A stretch of DNA of 62,384 bases, counting the filler, from Dimorphilus gyrociliatus (Eukaryota > Animalia > Annelida), in assembly GCA_904063045.1 (NCBI GenBank). It is 3 parts of 3 records of this genome, joined end to end, with 100 filler letters (N's around TTAATTAATTAA, not from the genome) between each part and the next. Parts side by side here need not be neighbours in the genome. Positions count along the whole stretch, not along the records: positions 30,367 to 61,190 come from CAJFCJ010000135.1; 2 more parts are not named here. One strand, written 5' to 3'. Positions 35,590 through 47,423 of this stretch are shown one piece after another. The position numbers were made by a program, and so were the translations under genes. The notes below the pieces were generated by a model. It saw only the letters and a program-made list of their open reading frames with translations. It made no database searches and was not told the origin of the DNA. Positions within the stretch are counted from its first letter, which is position 1. Each line of letters opens with the position of its first letter.

Positions 35590-35771
35590 CAGGTTAATGG
35601 ATTCTAAATTCATCAAGAAAGAAACCACTGGCTTAGTATTTTGTTCCAAATACACCATTTAAATAAAAATATTGATAAAGAAGCCATTGTTAAATGGGTT
35701 TAGATTCTACTATAGCCAGTGAAAGTGAAGTAATCAGTGACAAATTCAATGAAACACAAAAGTTCATGTTC

Positions 35772-38069
35772 TTATTTTGTAGTGACTGTCAAATGTTCAT
35801 TATCATAGCGTCCAAGCAACTCATCATCTATTTTACAATCTCGAACAATTACTTCAATATGATGTAAATTGTTAAGTGAAGTCATGAGTCCATCAAAAAT
35901 TTTCTCCATTTCAATATATGGATTCCCATGTAAGTTTACTTTTTTTATGCTACTGCAATATTTCAACATTTCTCCAATGGCTGTAGAGTCAGTTTTAGCT
36001 AGTCCACAATGCTTAAAATTTATCTGTCTTAAACTCTTTTGTGACGTTGAAAGTCCAGTACAAATGTTTGCTATTCCATTCCCTATTGTATTGTTTCCTA
36101 GATGTAATACTTCCAAAACATTACAACTATTTAACATATCTCCAATTTGATTGCCATGTTCCTGTGTTAAGTTACAACTACTAAAATCAAGGTGTTTTAA
36201 AGTGTTTGATAATTTCCTGAGTCCATTGCAAATGTCCAAAAGTCCATTTCCCATTTTGTCATTAAAAGATAAGTTGATTACCTCTATTTTAGTACAGTTA
36301 TTGAACAATTTTTCAATAAATTTGCATTGATCCTCTTCAATTTTGCAACTGTTAAGTTGTATTTTTTTCAAGCTACTTGATGATGCTTCAAGACCTTGAC
36401 AAATTTCCATTAAACCGCCATCTCCTAAGTTATTATATCTCAAGTCAATCACTTCTATTTTACACAACTTTGACAATATCTTTCCAAGATTAATTGCTGA
36501 ATCATTTTGTAGTGAACAAAATGGAAGTTCAATGCATTTTAATGTAAGTGGTAAGTTTTTAATTGTGTTAAAAATTGTATGTCCATCAGTCCATGAAAAG
36601 TTGATCCTTTCCATTTCATTACAGTTTTTCAACAACTTTCCAATATGTTCACCGTTTAAGACACATTCGTAAAAGTTAATATCTTTTAAGGTATTTGATG
36701 AATTTTCAAGTCCTTCGCAAATTTGTGGAAATCCTTTGTCTATTGACACATTTCCACTTAAATTGATTATTTCTATTTTCTTACAATTTTTCAGTAAGTT
36801 TTCAATTATATTAACTTTTGTTTCATCAGTTATATGAAGATCAGAGATATCACAACATGCAAGTTGTATATTTTTCAATGTTTCTGATGATTTTATTAGC
36901 CCATTACAAATCTTGGAAAGTCCCTTTCCCATCTCCGTATTGAGAGACAAGTTGATTTCTTCCATTTTAGTGCAATGATTGAGCAATCCTCCAATTTGTT
37001 CACATTGATCTTCAGTGATTTCGCAATCATCAAGTTGTATATTTTTCAAAGCTGTTGATGATTTTTCAAGATATTTACATATTTCAGATAAACCATCATT
37101 TCCCATTTTAGGGTTTTTTGTTAACACGACTTTTTCTATCTTAGAACACAAATTTAGTATATTTCCAATTTTTTTACATTCATCCTCAGTGAGTTCGCAT
37201 GCTTCAAAGGCTATACTTGTAAGTGTTTCTGATGATTGTTGAAGTAAACTACATACATTTGATAATGCATTTTTTAAATTTGTATTGTGTGACATATCAA
37301 TTTCTGTTATGTTGTTATAATCATTTTTTAACTCTATCAACTCTTCCTGATAAAGTTTCTTTGCTAAAGAGCCTTGACTATGCACAATAGATATTGAATA
37401 TTTATTCATATCAAAATTTTCTGTAGTAAATTTAACTTTGATATTTTCATTTTTTAATATATGTATTTTAGGTTTCCTTTTAAAATATTCATACATTTTT
37501 TCACTTGTATACTGCTTAGAGTTTTCTCTTATAAACTTCTTTCGATCCAAAACAGCACTTTGTAATCGATTTTTGATTAATTGGAAATCTTCTCTTATTA
37601 ATCTTATATAATTCTCTTCGAATTCTTCAATGTTGTCTAGATTGTTTTTTTCATTTTTGTCTTCTTCTTTTTCCATACTCGAAGGATCCTCAACTATCTT
37701 TTTTGTCATTGTTGAAATATCACAAACAGTATGCCATTTTTCAATGCATTTAGAGCAAAGATCTTCCTTTTCATGTTCCTTGCAATAAAACATGGCCTCT
37801 CTTTTATGGTCAGCACAACTATTTTCTATGACCATTATATTTTCTTCATCAAAAAAGAAAGGCTTTTTTAAATCTTCTATTTTGTTTGCTTCTATATTTC
37901 TACATGAAGGACAAGTCAATGGAATTCGAAGGTTATTCAAACAATCCCTGCAAAATATATGCAGACATTGAAGAATCCTTGGGTGATTTCTCAACCATGA
38001 TCCGTAACAAACAGTACATTTGACAGCATCCTCCTGAAAACCAAGTACTTCAAAATTCTGGTTACTCAT
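35772..38069 (-). CDS. Intronless RING - B-box - (coiled coil) - ribonuclease-inhibitor-type LRR protein, intact copy
   Basis: C3HC4 RING (CTVC...CLHIFCRDC...CPSC), B-box (CADH...CKEH...CSKC...H..C), then paired 28/29-aa LRRs. Likely ATG at 38069. Confidence 0.9.
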   Translation of the reverse strand: MSNQNFEVLGFQEDAVKCTVCYGSWLRNHPRILQCLHIFCRDCLNNLRIPLTCPSCRNIEANKIEDLKKPFFFDEENIMVIENSCADHKREAMFYCKEHEKEDLCSKCIEKWHTVCDISTMTKKIVEDPSSMEKEEDKNEKNNLDNIEEFEENYIRLIREDFQLIKNRLQSAVLDRKKFIRENSKQYTSEKMYEYFKRKPKIHILKNENIKVKFTTENFDMNKYSISIVHSQGSLAKKLYQEELIELKNDYNNITEIDMSHNTNLKNALSNVCSLLQQSSETLTSIAFEACELTEDECKKIGNILNLCSKIEKVVLTKNPKMGNDGLSEICKYLEKSSTALKNIQLDDCEITEDQCEQIGGLLNHCTKMEEINLSLNTEMGKGLSKICNGLIKSSETLKNIQLACCDISDLHITDETKVNIIENLLKNCKKIEIINLSGNVSIDKGFPQICEGLENSSNTLKDINFYECVLNGEHIGKLLKNCNEMERINFSWTDGHTIFNTIKNLPLTLKCIELPFCSLQNDSAINLGKILSKLCKIEVIDLRYNNLGDGGLMEICQGLEASSSSLKKIQLNSCKIEEDQCKFIEKLFNNCTKIEVINLSFNDKMGNGLLDICNGLRKLSNTLKHLDFSSCNLTQEHGNQIGDMLNSCNVLEVLHLGNNTIGNGIANICTGLSTSQKSLRQINFKHCGLAKTDSTAIGEMLKYCSSIKKVNLHGNPYIEMEKIFDGLMTSLNNLHHIEVIVRDCKIDDELLGRYDNEHLTVTTK

Positions 38070-38590
38070 ATCAATTGGAAAGGAAAACCAAAGAGCAGTA
38101 TTCACTCAAATTATCCGTTTCTGTTTACTGTAATTACCATAGTGAAAAGGTTATATTTTTCAATTATAACCTTATAACCACCTATGCCAAACTATCAGTA
38201 TGACCTAGTTAGAAACTTATTTTTCTCAGTACATATTCTTAGGACAAAATACTGCTATTTTGTTGATCAACAATAAAGAACAATAGGCAGCTGATATTGT
38301 ATTTAAATAAAAACCTTTAATAAGCAAAAAATGCATTCAAATATTAATACAATCACATCTTTTTAAATGTAAATTGTGAATGTAATGTGTTAGTTAACTG
38401 CGAAATTTTTTGGTTGTTTAGGAGTTATTACACTTTCATATTAAACGAAACAACATTTATTGTTATTTCTTTTTTACAATTCAACAAAATTAGTTTGATT
38501 ATTAACTTTAAGAACACCAAATTTCTAAAAAATTTTTGAGGGATTCAATGGTTTTGATTCAAATAGCAATTATGGCACAGTTCCAGAATA

Positions 38591-38697
38591 GGGGTGAAAC
38601 TGTACCCGGGTGAAACCGTACCCGAGTGAAACCATACCCATGCCGGGTGAAACCATACCTGAGTGAAACCGTACCCATGCTGGGTGAAACTGGACCC
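38591..38697. repeat. Six tandem G(G/A)GTGAAACCRTACCC units (mirror at 42770-42876; short copy near 34780)
   Basis: Directly visible 16-20-nt units followed by the same ATAAAAATATTAGGTTTTTT flank, typical of a transposon subterminal array. Confidence 0.8.
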
Positions 38698-39037
38698 ATA
38701 AAAATATTAGGTTTTTTTAATTTTATTATTTAGAATTATAATAATGGAACCTACAAAAATAAAAAGACTGTTGAAATATAAACTGACAGCCATTTTAAAA
38801 ATGAAGAAACTGAAGTTAACTTTCACTTTGGAAAGAATTTAATTTGAAAGTCAAGCTTTTTTTGATAATTATATTTGGGCAAAGATTATCATTTTAGATT
38901 TAACTACTTTCAGATGAATGTTTCATTCTTCAGAGTGTCAGAAACATGACTGGTATGTCACAGCCTGAGAAGATAACAATTGATTTTGAGATGGGTCTGT
39001 GGAGAGCTGTATCCAAAATATAGCCAGAATCACTGTT

Positions 39038-42000
39038 CAGACAGAAAACGTCCCCAACAGAAAACATCCCCAAACAGACAGAAAACGTCCCCAAAAATAA
39101 ATTGTCAAAAAAGTTGAAAAAAATTTAAAAAATTTTTACAATGATGGTATAGAAAGATATAGTCTTTTTTGATATATGTCATTATTTCAGCAAAAAAAAA
39201 CAGATTAAATCTATTGGAATTCTTTTCATCAATGATTAGTTTGTTTGCTATTCTTATTCACTTCACTTTTTTAATGATTAACCGATTTTGAGAGATAATT
39301 GATCTATTGGGTATTTTTGTCGTTCATTCATTTTTAATTAAGTTTTTAGGAAAATTGATCACGTGATTCTTTTCAGTCATTGAAAACACCTTATCAATAC
39401 TACTCAACTATCTTCGAAATATTTACTTATTCATGATTGTACTCCAAGTTAGTGTGAAAGATAGAGGAGAAGAGTAAAAAATGACAGACCCATCAACATT
39501 CACTGTTCTATATAGACTAAGAAAGAGACTCAAGACTAAAAGAAGAAGTAGACTTTTCCCTTGTTGGTATTGTATACATTGTAAAACTTGGAAAAACTCT
39601 CTCAGTTATTGATATTTTTTTGTTGACACCATATTCCAAAAAATTGCCTATTTACTTTATAATCTTTGTTTCTCTGTGGGTTCAATTTTAAAGATTATTG
39701 TCCTATAATATATAAAACATTCAAAAATCTTTCAACTAGGCCTACAATGTTTAAGAACATTTATTTCAATATTAAAACTACTATAATACTACAATTGTGC
39801 AAAAACTATACAATAGAAATAAAGAAAGTTTGTCCTTAAAAAAATCATCCACTAGATGGCACTAATTGAATGTGCTTGTTTAGAACTAGAAGTTCATTTT
39901 ACTCAATACATATTCTTTGGAAAAGGTATATGTATTACTGGTTGAGAGAAATATGCTCTGGAAAAGGTTGTTTGCAATGGCTGTGAAGACAGATATTCCG
40001 TATCATCAAATAAACAGTACTGTTTCCAGTGTCCTCACAACTGCAAAGAATGTTCACCAGACATTCAGAATGTTATGAAATTTACTCAATGCAATGACAT
40101 GACATGTATTTTTGAATGATGGTAGCAGAACATTTGTTAGATTTATTTCAAACTGAGCAAATCCATGTTGTAGTAGCTTTTCTTTTGATTTTAACATTAA
40201 AGGTATATCCATTATAGATTAAAATGTCTTTTCCTTTCTGACTTGCTTTTGGTAAAATTTTAAAATGACATTTGTCTGTGTCATTTTTGGTTTGATCAAT
40301 ATCACTTTCAAAAGACCCTTCCTGCACATCAGAGATTTCTCCACCAGTGACTGTAGTCAGTGTACTTATTTCAATTTCATTACTGAACATAATATCCTCC
40401 TCATTCACAACACTTTGAACTCCTTTTGAACAATCAGCAATGCTTTCCATGCTCTCAAAAGAAAATGATAATCTCAACTCCTCTCTGGATTCATTTATGC
40501 TTTGTTCTTTTTCTTCATCTATTCTCTTCAAGATTACAACACAATTTCTTTTTGAGATTTGAAAGCAACTTAAACATAATGGTGAATTTGATGCTGGATC
40601 TGGATTATTTGAATGATTGATATTTTAAAGGCATAAATAATACAAACCCTGAATGCACTTTATATGGCATGTTTTGAAACAAAGATAACATTTGCCTTTA
40701 ATTTGGCTGCCTATGAAGGCATCATTGCAGATATAGCATGTGTTTTCCATTATTGAAAAATTGAGAATATTCTTTTTCAAACCTTGCCAAGTAATAATTT
40801 GTTAGAGTAAAATTGATAAGAAAAGTCAAAATGATTGGATGATATATATTTAAAAGTTGATAATAAGATTACCACAAGCATTACAAGGTAAAAATCACAT
40901 TAAAAGATAAAAATTGTACTTTGTTGTATTGTAATTGTAGGAATTTCTGCTTCTTCAGAACAGTATTCGTCCTTTCCAATCATTTATCAATTTACCAAAG
41001 TACTGGTCCAATTAGAACCTTTCAAGTTTGTCCACAAATAGTCTTAACAAATGTAATTTCGGTAGAAATAATTCAACAAAATGCCAGTATTTCATTTAAA
41101 GAATATGTATTGAGTAAATGAGTTTCTAGTTCTAAACAAGTAAGTTTAAATAACCAGTTAATGGTTAAAGAACTGAACTGACAAGCTGAGGAAATGCATT
41201 TCCTTTTATACATTTCCCAAAGCTTGGGTTCAAGTGGTCAAAGGATTACAAAGTTGAAATCTGATGGTCTCATAATTCTCATGTAACAAAAATATGAAAA
41301 ACTGTTATATCACACATATAAAATATAATCCTTAGATTAGGGCCACATGTCAAACAGGCCTGCCTCATCAGCATCTGGTGTTTGACCTGCATCTTTTCCA
41401 TGTTCTTTGTTCCTTTGTTAATTGCCAAGTAGCCAACATCTGTTACAGTCAAGAGTCTATTTCTTTTGAAATAGAGTTCTTTCTAAAGTACTAAAAGCTA
41501 ACACTACGAAATAAAAGTCTTTCTAAAGTGTCACCACTATAATTCCTACAAAATATAAGTATTTCTATAGTTGCACCAGTCTAATTCTTAAAAAATAGAA
41601 GTGTTTCTAATGTACCCTTATATCTAAAGTCTGGGGCCGACAGAAAACATCCCCAAGTGAGATTTTTGAAAGCAACATTTCGGATTGAAAAATGGTTAGT
41701 GTGAGTGAAGTAGCCATTGATTTGTAGTTAGGGGGGTTCCTTCTAAGGGTCAGGGGTAATCAAAAAGGTTAGGGAGTGACAAGGGCTAGGTTAGGGTTAG
41801 TGTTAAATGCATTTGGGGACGTTTTCTGTTGTAACCCTGAAGTCTAAGTATTGATATATCATTATATCTAAGTGCACAAGAATGAACTTAATATTGTCAA
41901 TTTTTTGGTTAGGATGATATATAAACTTTTGATTATAAAAATCCTTTGTAGTGTTAAAAAATTAATATAATAATAAAGCTTTGAAAATAATAAATAATAA

Positions 42001-42429
42001 ATTTTCACATTACCTCTAATGAGTGATAATAAAGAAGGAAGTAGAATTTTTCTGTCTTACTGCCTGAAGATTTCCAATTGTTTTTAGGAGCATTTATTTT
42101 GAATTTGTGAAATATTGTAAAAAATTTTATATTATTTTGTGCAGATATTTTTTAATTAACATAGCCTGTTCTTCTGTCTGCAATAAGGGATTTTCTCTAA
42201 GCTTGTGGATGTTTTCTGTCACTTTGAGGACGTTTTCTGTTCTTTAGTTTATTTTATATAATTCTGTTTTTTTTTGCTGAAATAATGACATATATCAAAA
42301 AAGACTATATCTTTCTATACCATCATTGTAAAAATTTTTTAAATTTTTTTCAACTTTTTTGACAATTTATTTTTGGGGACGTTTTCTGTCTGTTTGGGGA
42401 TGTTTTCTGTTGGGGACGTTTTCTGTCTG
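39038..42429 (-). mobile_element. Internally deleted Mutator-like element at the centre of the inverted duplication
   Basis: Inward-facing CAGAAAACGTCCCCAA arrays at both ends. A broken PHD finger (MENTCYIC...CHIKC...CLSC from 40750) and a FLYWCH finger (GKDILIYNGYTF...WICSV*NKSNKCSAT) lie inside. Confidence 0.7.
41638..41831. mobile_element. Complete ~190-bp MITE with CAGAAAACRTCCCCAA TIRs and internal TTAGGG-like hexamers
   Basis: Starts CGACAGAAAACATCCCCAA and ends TTGGGGACGTTTTCTGTTG. The TIR motif matches the MULE terminal arrays. Confidence 0.75.
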
Positions 42430-43397
42430 AACAGTGATTCTGGCTATATTTTGGATACAGCTCTCCACAGACCCATCTCAAAATCAATTGTTATCTTCTC
42501 AGGCTGTGACATACCAGTCATGTTTCTGACACTCTGAAGAATGAAACATTCATCTGAAAGTAGTTAAATCTAAAATGATAATCTTTGCCCAAATATAATT
42601 ATCAAAAAAAGCTTGACTTTCAAATTAAATTCTTTCCAAAGTGAAAGTTAACTTCAGTTTCTTCATTTTTAAAATGGCTGTCAGTTTATATTTCAACAGT
42701 CTTTTTATTTTTGTAGGTTCCATTATTATAATTCTAAATAATAAAATTAAAAAAACCTAATATTTTTATGGGTCCAGTTTCACCCAGCATGGGTACGGTT
42801 TCACTCAGGTATGGTTTCACCCGGCATGGGTATGGTTTCACTCGGGTACGGTTTCACCCGGGTACAGTTTCACCCCTATTCTGGAACTGTGCCATAATTG
42901 CTATTTGAATCAAAACCATTGAATCCCTCAAAAATTTTTTAGAAATTTGGTGTTCTTAAAGTTAATAATCAAACTAATTTTGTTGAATTGTAAAAAAGAA
43001 ATAACAATAAATGTTGTTTCGTTTAATATGAAAGTGTAATAACTCCTAAACAACCAAAAAATTTCGCAGTTAACTAACACATTACATTCACAATTTACAT
43101 TTAAAAAGATGTGATTGTATTAATATTTGAATGCATTTTTTGCTTATTAAAGGTTTTTATTTAAATACAATATCAGCTGCCTATTGTTCTTTATTGTTGA
43201 TCAACAAAATAGCAGTATTTTGTCCTAAGAATATGTACTGAGAAAAATAAGTTTCTAACTAGGTCATACTGATAGTTTGGCATAGGTGGTTATAAGGTTA
43301 TAATTGAAAAATATAACCTTTTCACTATGGTAATTACAGTAAACAGAAACGGATAATTTGAGTGAATACTGCTCTTTGGTTTTCCTTTCCAATTGAT

Positions 43398-45694
43398 ATG
43401 AGTAACCAGAATTTTGAAGTACTTGGTTTTCAGGAGGATGCTGTCAAATGTACTGTTTGTTACGGATCATGGTTGAGAAATCACCCAAGGATTCTTCAAT
43501 GTCTGCATATATTTTGCAGGGATTGTTTGAATAACCTTCGAATTCCATTGACTTGTCCTTCATGTAGAAATATAGAAGCAAACAAAATAGAAGATTTAAA
43601 AAAGCCTTTCTTTTTTGATGAAGAAAATATAATGGTCATAGAAAATAGTTGTGCTGACCATAAAAGAGAGGCCATGTTTTATTGCAAGGAACATGAAAAG
43701 GAAGATCTTTGCTCTAAATGCATTGAAAAATGGCATACTGTTTGTGATATTTCAACAATGACAAAAAAGATAGTTGAGGATCCTTCGAGTATGGAAAAAG
43801 AAGAAGACAAAAATGAAAAAAACAATCTAGACAACATTGAAGAATTCGAAGAGAATTATATAAGATTAATAAGAGAAGATTTCCAATTAATCAAAAATCG
43901 ATTACAAAGTGCTGTTTTGGATCGAAAGAAGTTTATAAGAGAAAACTCTAAGCAGTATACAAGTGAAAAAATGTATGAATATTTTAAAAGGAAACCTAAA
44001 ATACATATATTAAAAAATGAAAATATCAAAGTTAAATTTACTACAGAAAATTTTGATATGAATAAATATTCAATATCTATTGTGCATAGTCAAGGCTCTT
44101 TAGCAAAGAAACTTTATCAGGAAGAGTTGATAGAGTTAAAAAATGATTATAACAACATAACAGAAATTGATATGTCACACAATACAAATTTAAAAAATGC
44201 ATTATCAAATGTATGTAGTTTACTTCAACAATCATCAGAAACACTTACAAGTATAGCCTTTGAAGCATGCGAACTCACTGAGGATGAATGTAAAAAAATT
44301 GGAAATATACTAAATTTGTGTTCTAAGATAGAAAAAGTCGTGTTAACAAAAAACCCTAAAATGGGAAATGATGGTTTATCTGAAATATGTAAATATCTTG
44401 AAAAATCATCAACAGCTTTGAAAAATATACAACTTGATGATTGCGAAATCACTGAAGATCAATGTGAACAAATTGGAGGATTGCTCAATCATTGCACTAA
44501 AATGGAAGAAATCAACTTGTCTCTCAATACGGAGATGGGAAAGGGACTTTCCAAGATTTGTAATGGGCTAATAAAATCATCAGAAACATTGAAAAATATA
44601 CAACTTGCATGTTGTGATATCTCTGATCTTCATATAACTGATGAAACAAAAGTTAATATAATTGAAAACTTACTGAAAAATTGTAAGAAAATAGAAATAA
44701 TCAATTTAAGTGGAAATGTGTCAATAGACAAAGGATTTCCACAAATTTGCGAAGGACTTGAAAATTCATCAAATACCTTAAAAGATATTAACTTTTACGA
44801 ATGTGTCTTAAACGGTGAACATATTGGAAAGTTGTTGAAAAACTGTAATGAAATGGAAAGGATCAACTTTTCATGGACTGATGGACATACAATTTTAACA
44901 CAATTAAAAACTTACCACTTACATTAAAATGCATTGAACTTCCATTTTGTTCACTACAAAATGATTCAGCAATTAATCTTGGAAAGATATTGTCAAAGTT
45001 GTGTAAAATAGAAGTGATTGACTTGAGATATAATAACTTAGGAGATGGCGGTTTAATGGAAATTTGTCAAGGTCTTGAAGCATCATCAAGTAGCTTGAAA
45101 AAAATACAACTTAACAGTTGCAAAATTGAAGAGGATCAATGCAAATTTATTGAAAAATTGTTCAATAACTGTACTAAAATAGAGGTAATCAACTTATCTT
45201 TTAATGACAAAATGGGAAATGGACTTTTGGACATTTGCAATGGACTCAGGAAATTATCAAACACTTTAAAACACCTTGATTTTAGTAGTTGTAACTTAAC
45301 ACAGGAACATGGCAATCAAATTGGAGATATGTTAAATAGTTGTAATGTTTTGGAAGTATTACATCTAGGAAACAATACAATAGGGAATGGAATAGCAAAC
45401 ATTTGTACTGGACTTTCAACGTCACAAAAGAGTTTAAGACAGATAAATTTTAAGCATTGTGGACTAGCTAAAACTGACTCTACAGCCATTGGAGAAATGT
45501 TGAAATATTGCAGTAGCATAAAAAAAGTAAACTTACATGGGAATCCATATATTGAAATGGAGAAAATTTTTGATGGACTCATGACTTCACTTAACAATTT
45601 ACATCATATTGAAGTAATTGTTCGAGATTGTAAAATAGATGATGAGTTGCTTGGACGCTATGATAATGAACATTTGACAGTCACTACAAAATAA
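43398..45694 (+). pseudogene. Second RING-B-box-LRR copy with a 1-bp deletion in a T run near 44893 (real or sequencing error)
   Basis: Identical protein to the copy at 35772-38069 up to GHTI. Here AATTTTAAC has 4 T versus 5 in the other copy. Confidence 0.88.
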
Positions 45695-45877
45695 GAACAT
45701 GAACTTTTGTGTTTCATTGAATTTGTCACTGATTACTTCACTTTCACTGGCTATAGTAGAATCTAAACCCATTTAACAATGGCTTCTTTATCAATATTTT
45801 TATTTAAATGGTGTATTTGGAACAAAATACTAAGCCAGTGGTTTCTTTCTTGATGAATTTAGAATCCATTAACCTGA

Positions 45878-46000
45878 TTTCTTTTTCTTTAATAAATGAC
45901 AAAAGTGCTCCTGAATCACATAAAGCAATAACCTCTCTTCCATTATGATTTTTCATTCGAAATTGGAAATCTTTTCTGCCTTTTACCAAAGGAGTACAGT
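45878..46000 (-). pseudogene. Ty3/gypsy-like aspartic protease relic
   Basis: EVIALCDSGALLSFI contains the D-S-G-A retropepsin active-site motif. Confidence 0.55.
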
Positions 46001-46748
46001 AAAAACATGGGAATAAATTCATCATTTTACACAATTATTAATGAACTAAAGAGAGAGTCTGAGCTTATTTCTGTGTATGAAAAATTATTAAGTGAGAAGA
46101 AGATGTTAAGAATGCAAAAAAAGTCTACACAAAAATTCAAAAAGAACTGTTTTCTGTATGGGCAAACTTCAAAGTTGGAGACATCACAACAAGTCAACTT
46201 GTTGAGATGTGTTCTGCTTGGATGCTAATACTACTTTGCTTAGACTGTACTCTTGTAGGAAAGATATTTTCATTCTCACAATATAATTTAATGTTTCTGA
46301 TGATTTAAATCCTTCACAAATATTAAAATTTTTCATATTTTTGGTACAAGTTCCATTTGTTGTTATAAAATGTTATTTAAAATGTTTAATGGATATTCAA
46401 AGTAAAAAAAGTAAAATTTTAGCATGAAATTTATCAATGACTCTGTGTCAAATTATGTTTTCTATACATTTCTCTTATGCAACTTTCAAATATCTTAAAG
46501 GTATATTCAATAAGTTAATGAATGTTTTCCATACTATTTGTGGTCATATCCAAAGACATACTAAAAGTTTATTGCTGCTCTTAACCATTGTGATAACCAC
46601 GAGATTAATCAGGGTGGTTATACTATTTTACAACCATAAAACTGTGACAACCATATCATCTTTGATATCTTTGTAATTCATCTCAAAGAATATCATCTAT
46701 TAAAATATAAATCAGAGAGAAGAAATACTTTGATAAGAGAAATAAAAA

Positions 46749-47423
46749 ATGAACAAAACTAGCAGTAAAACTGTACAAAATGGTTTTCTAAATATTTGTA
46801 AAGGGCTTAAAAAATCATCAAAAACATTAAAGCATATTGCATTTAACAAATGCTGCTTAGAATCAAAAGAATGTATGAATTTGAAAAAACTTTTAAAAAA
46901 GTGTTCAAAAATTGAGACAGTTGATTTATCAGAGAATCACATAGTGGATGATGGATTTATTGATATTTGTAAAGGGGTAAAAAAATCATCAAAAACATTA
47001 AAGCATATTGCTTTTAACAGATGCTGCTTAAAATCGAAAGAATGTATGGATTTGGGAAATGTATTGAAAAAATGCTCTAAAATAGAAACAATAAGTTTAT
47101 CGGGCAACGCAACAATGGCCAATGGATTTTATTATATTTGTGCGGGACTTCAACAGTCAAAAGATACCTTAATTCATATTGCTTTAAAAGACTGCTACTT
47201 GAGTTCTCAACAATGTAGAATATTGACAAAACTTCTGGCAAAATGTTCAAAGATAGAAATATTAGATTTATCCTGGAATGTCCTATTGGTAAGTGTATTT
47301 CTTAATACTTTGGAAGGACACGAACAAACAGCTGGAACACTGAAGTTGACAAATTTTTGCCATTCTTTTTTGAAAACGGAAGAATGTTCAGACTTTGGGA
47401 TTTTTCTGAAAAAAATGTTCTAA
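46749..47423 (+). pseudogene. LRR-only paralog of the RING-B-box-LRR family
   Basis: Same ICxGLxxSSxTLKxIxL...CSKIExIxLS repeat. No RING/B-box is seen upstream, and the ORF ends with a frameshift. Confidence 0.7.

Larger units (their letters stand above)
35589..39204. repeat. Left arm of a 3.6-kb near-perfect inverted duplication (right arm 42263-45877)
   Basis: Reverse-complement identity was checked at both borders and across the gene. The encoded proteins are identical apart from one 1-bp indel. Confidence 0.95.

Noticed and set aside
38591-38697. CRISPR-like array (also 39038-39095 and 59925-60030)
   Set aside because: Units abut with little or no unique spacer, there are no cas genes, and the context is eukaryotic; these are transposon subterminal repeats.
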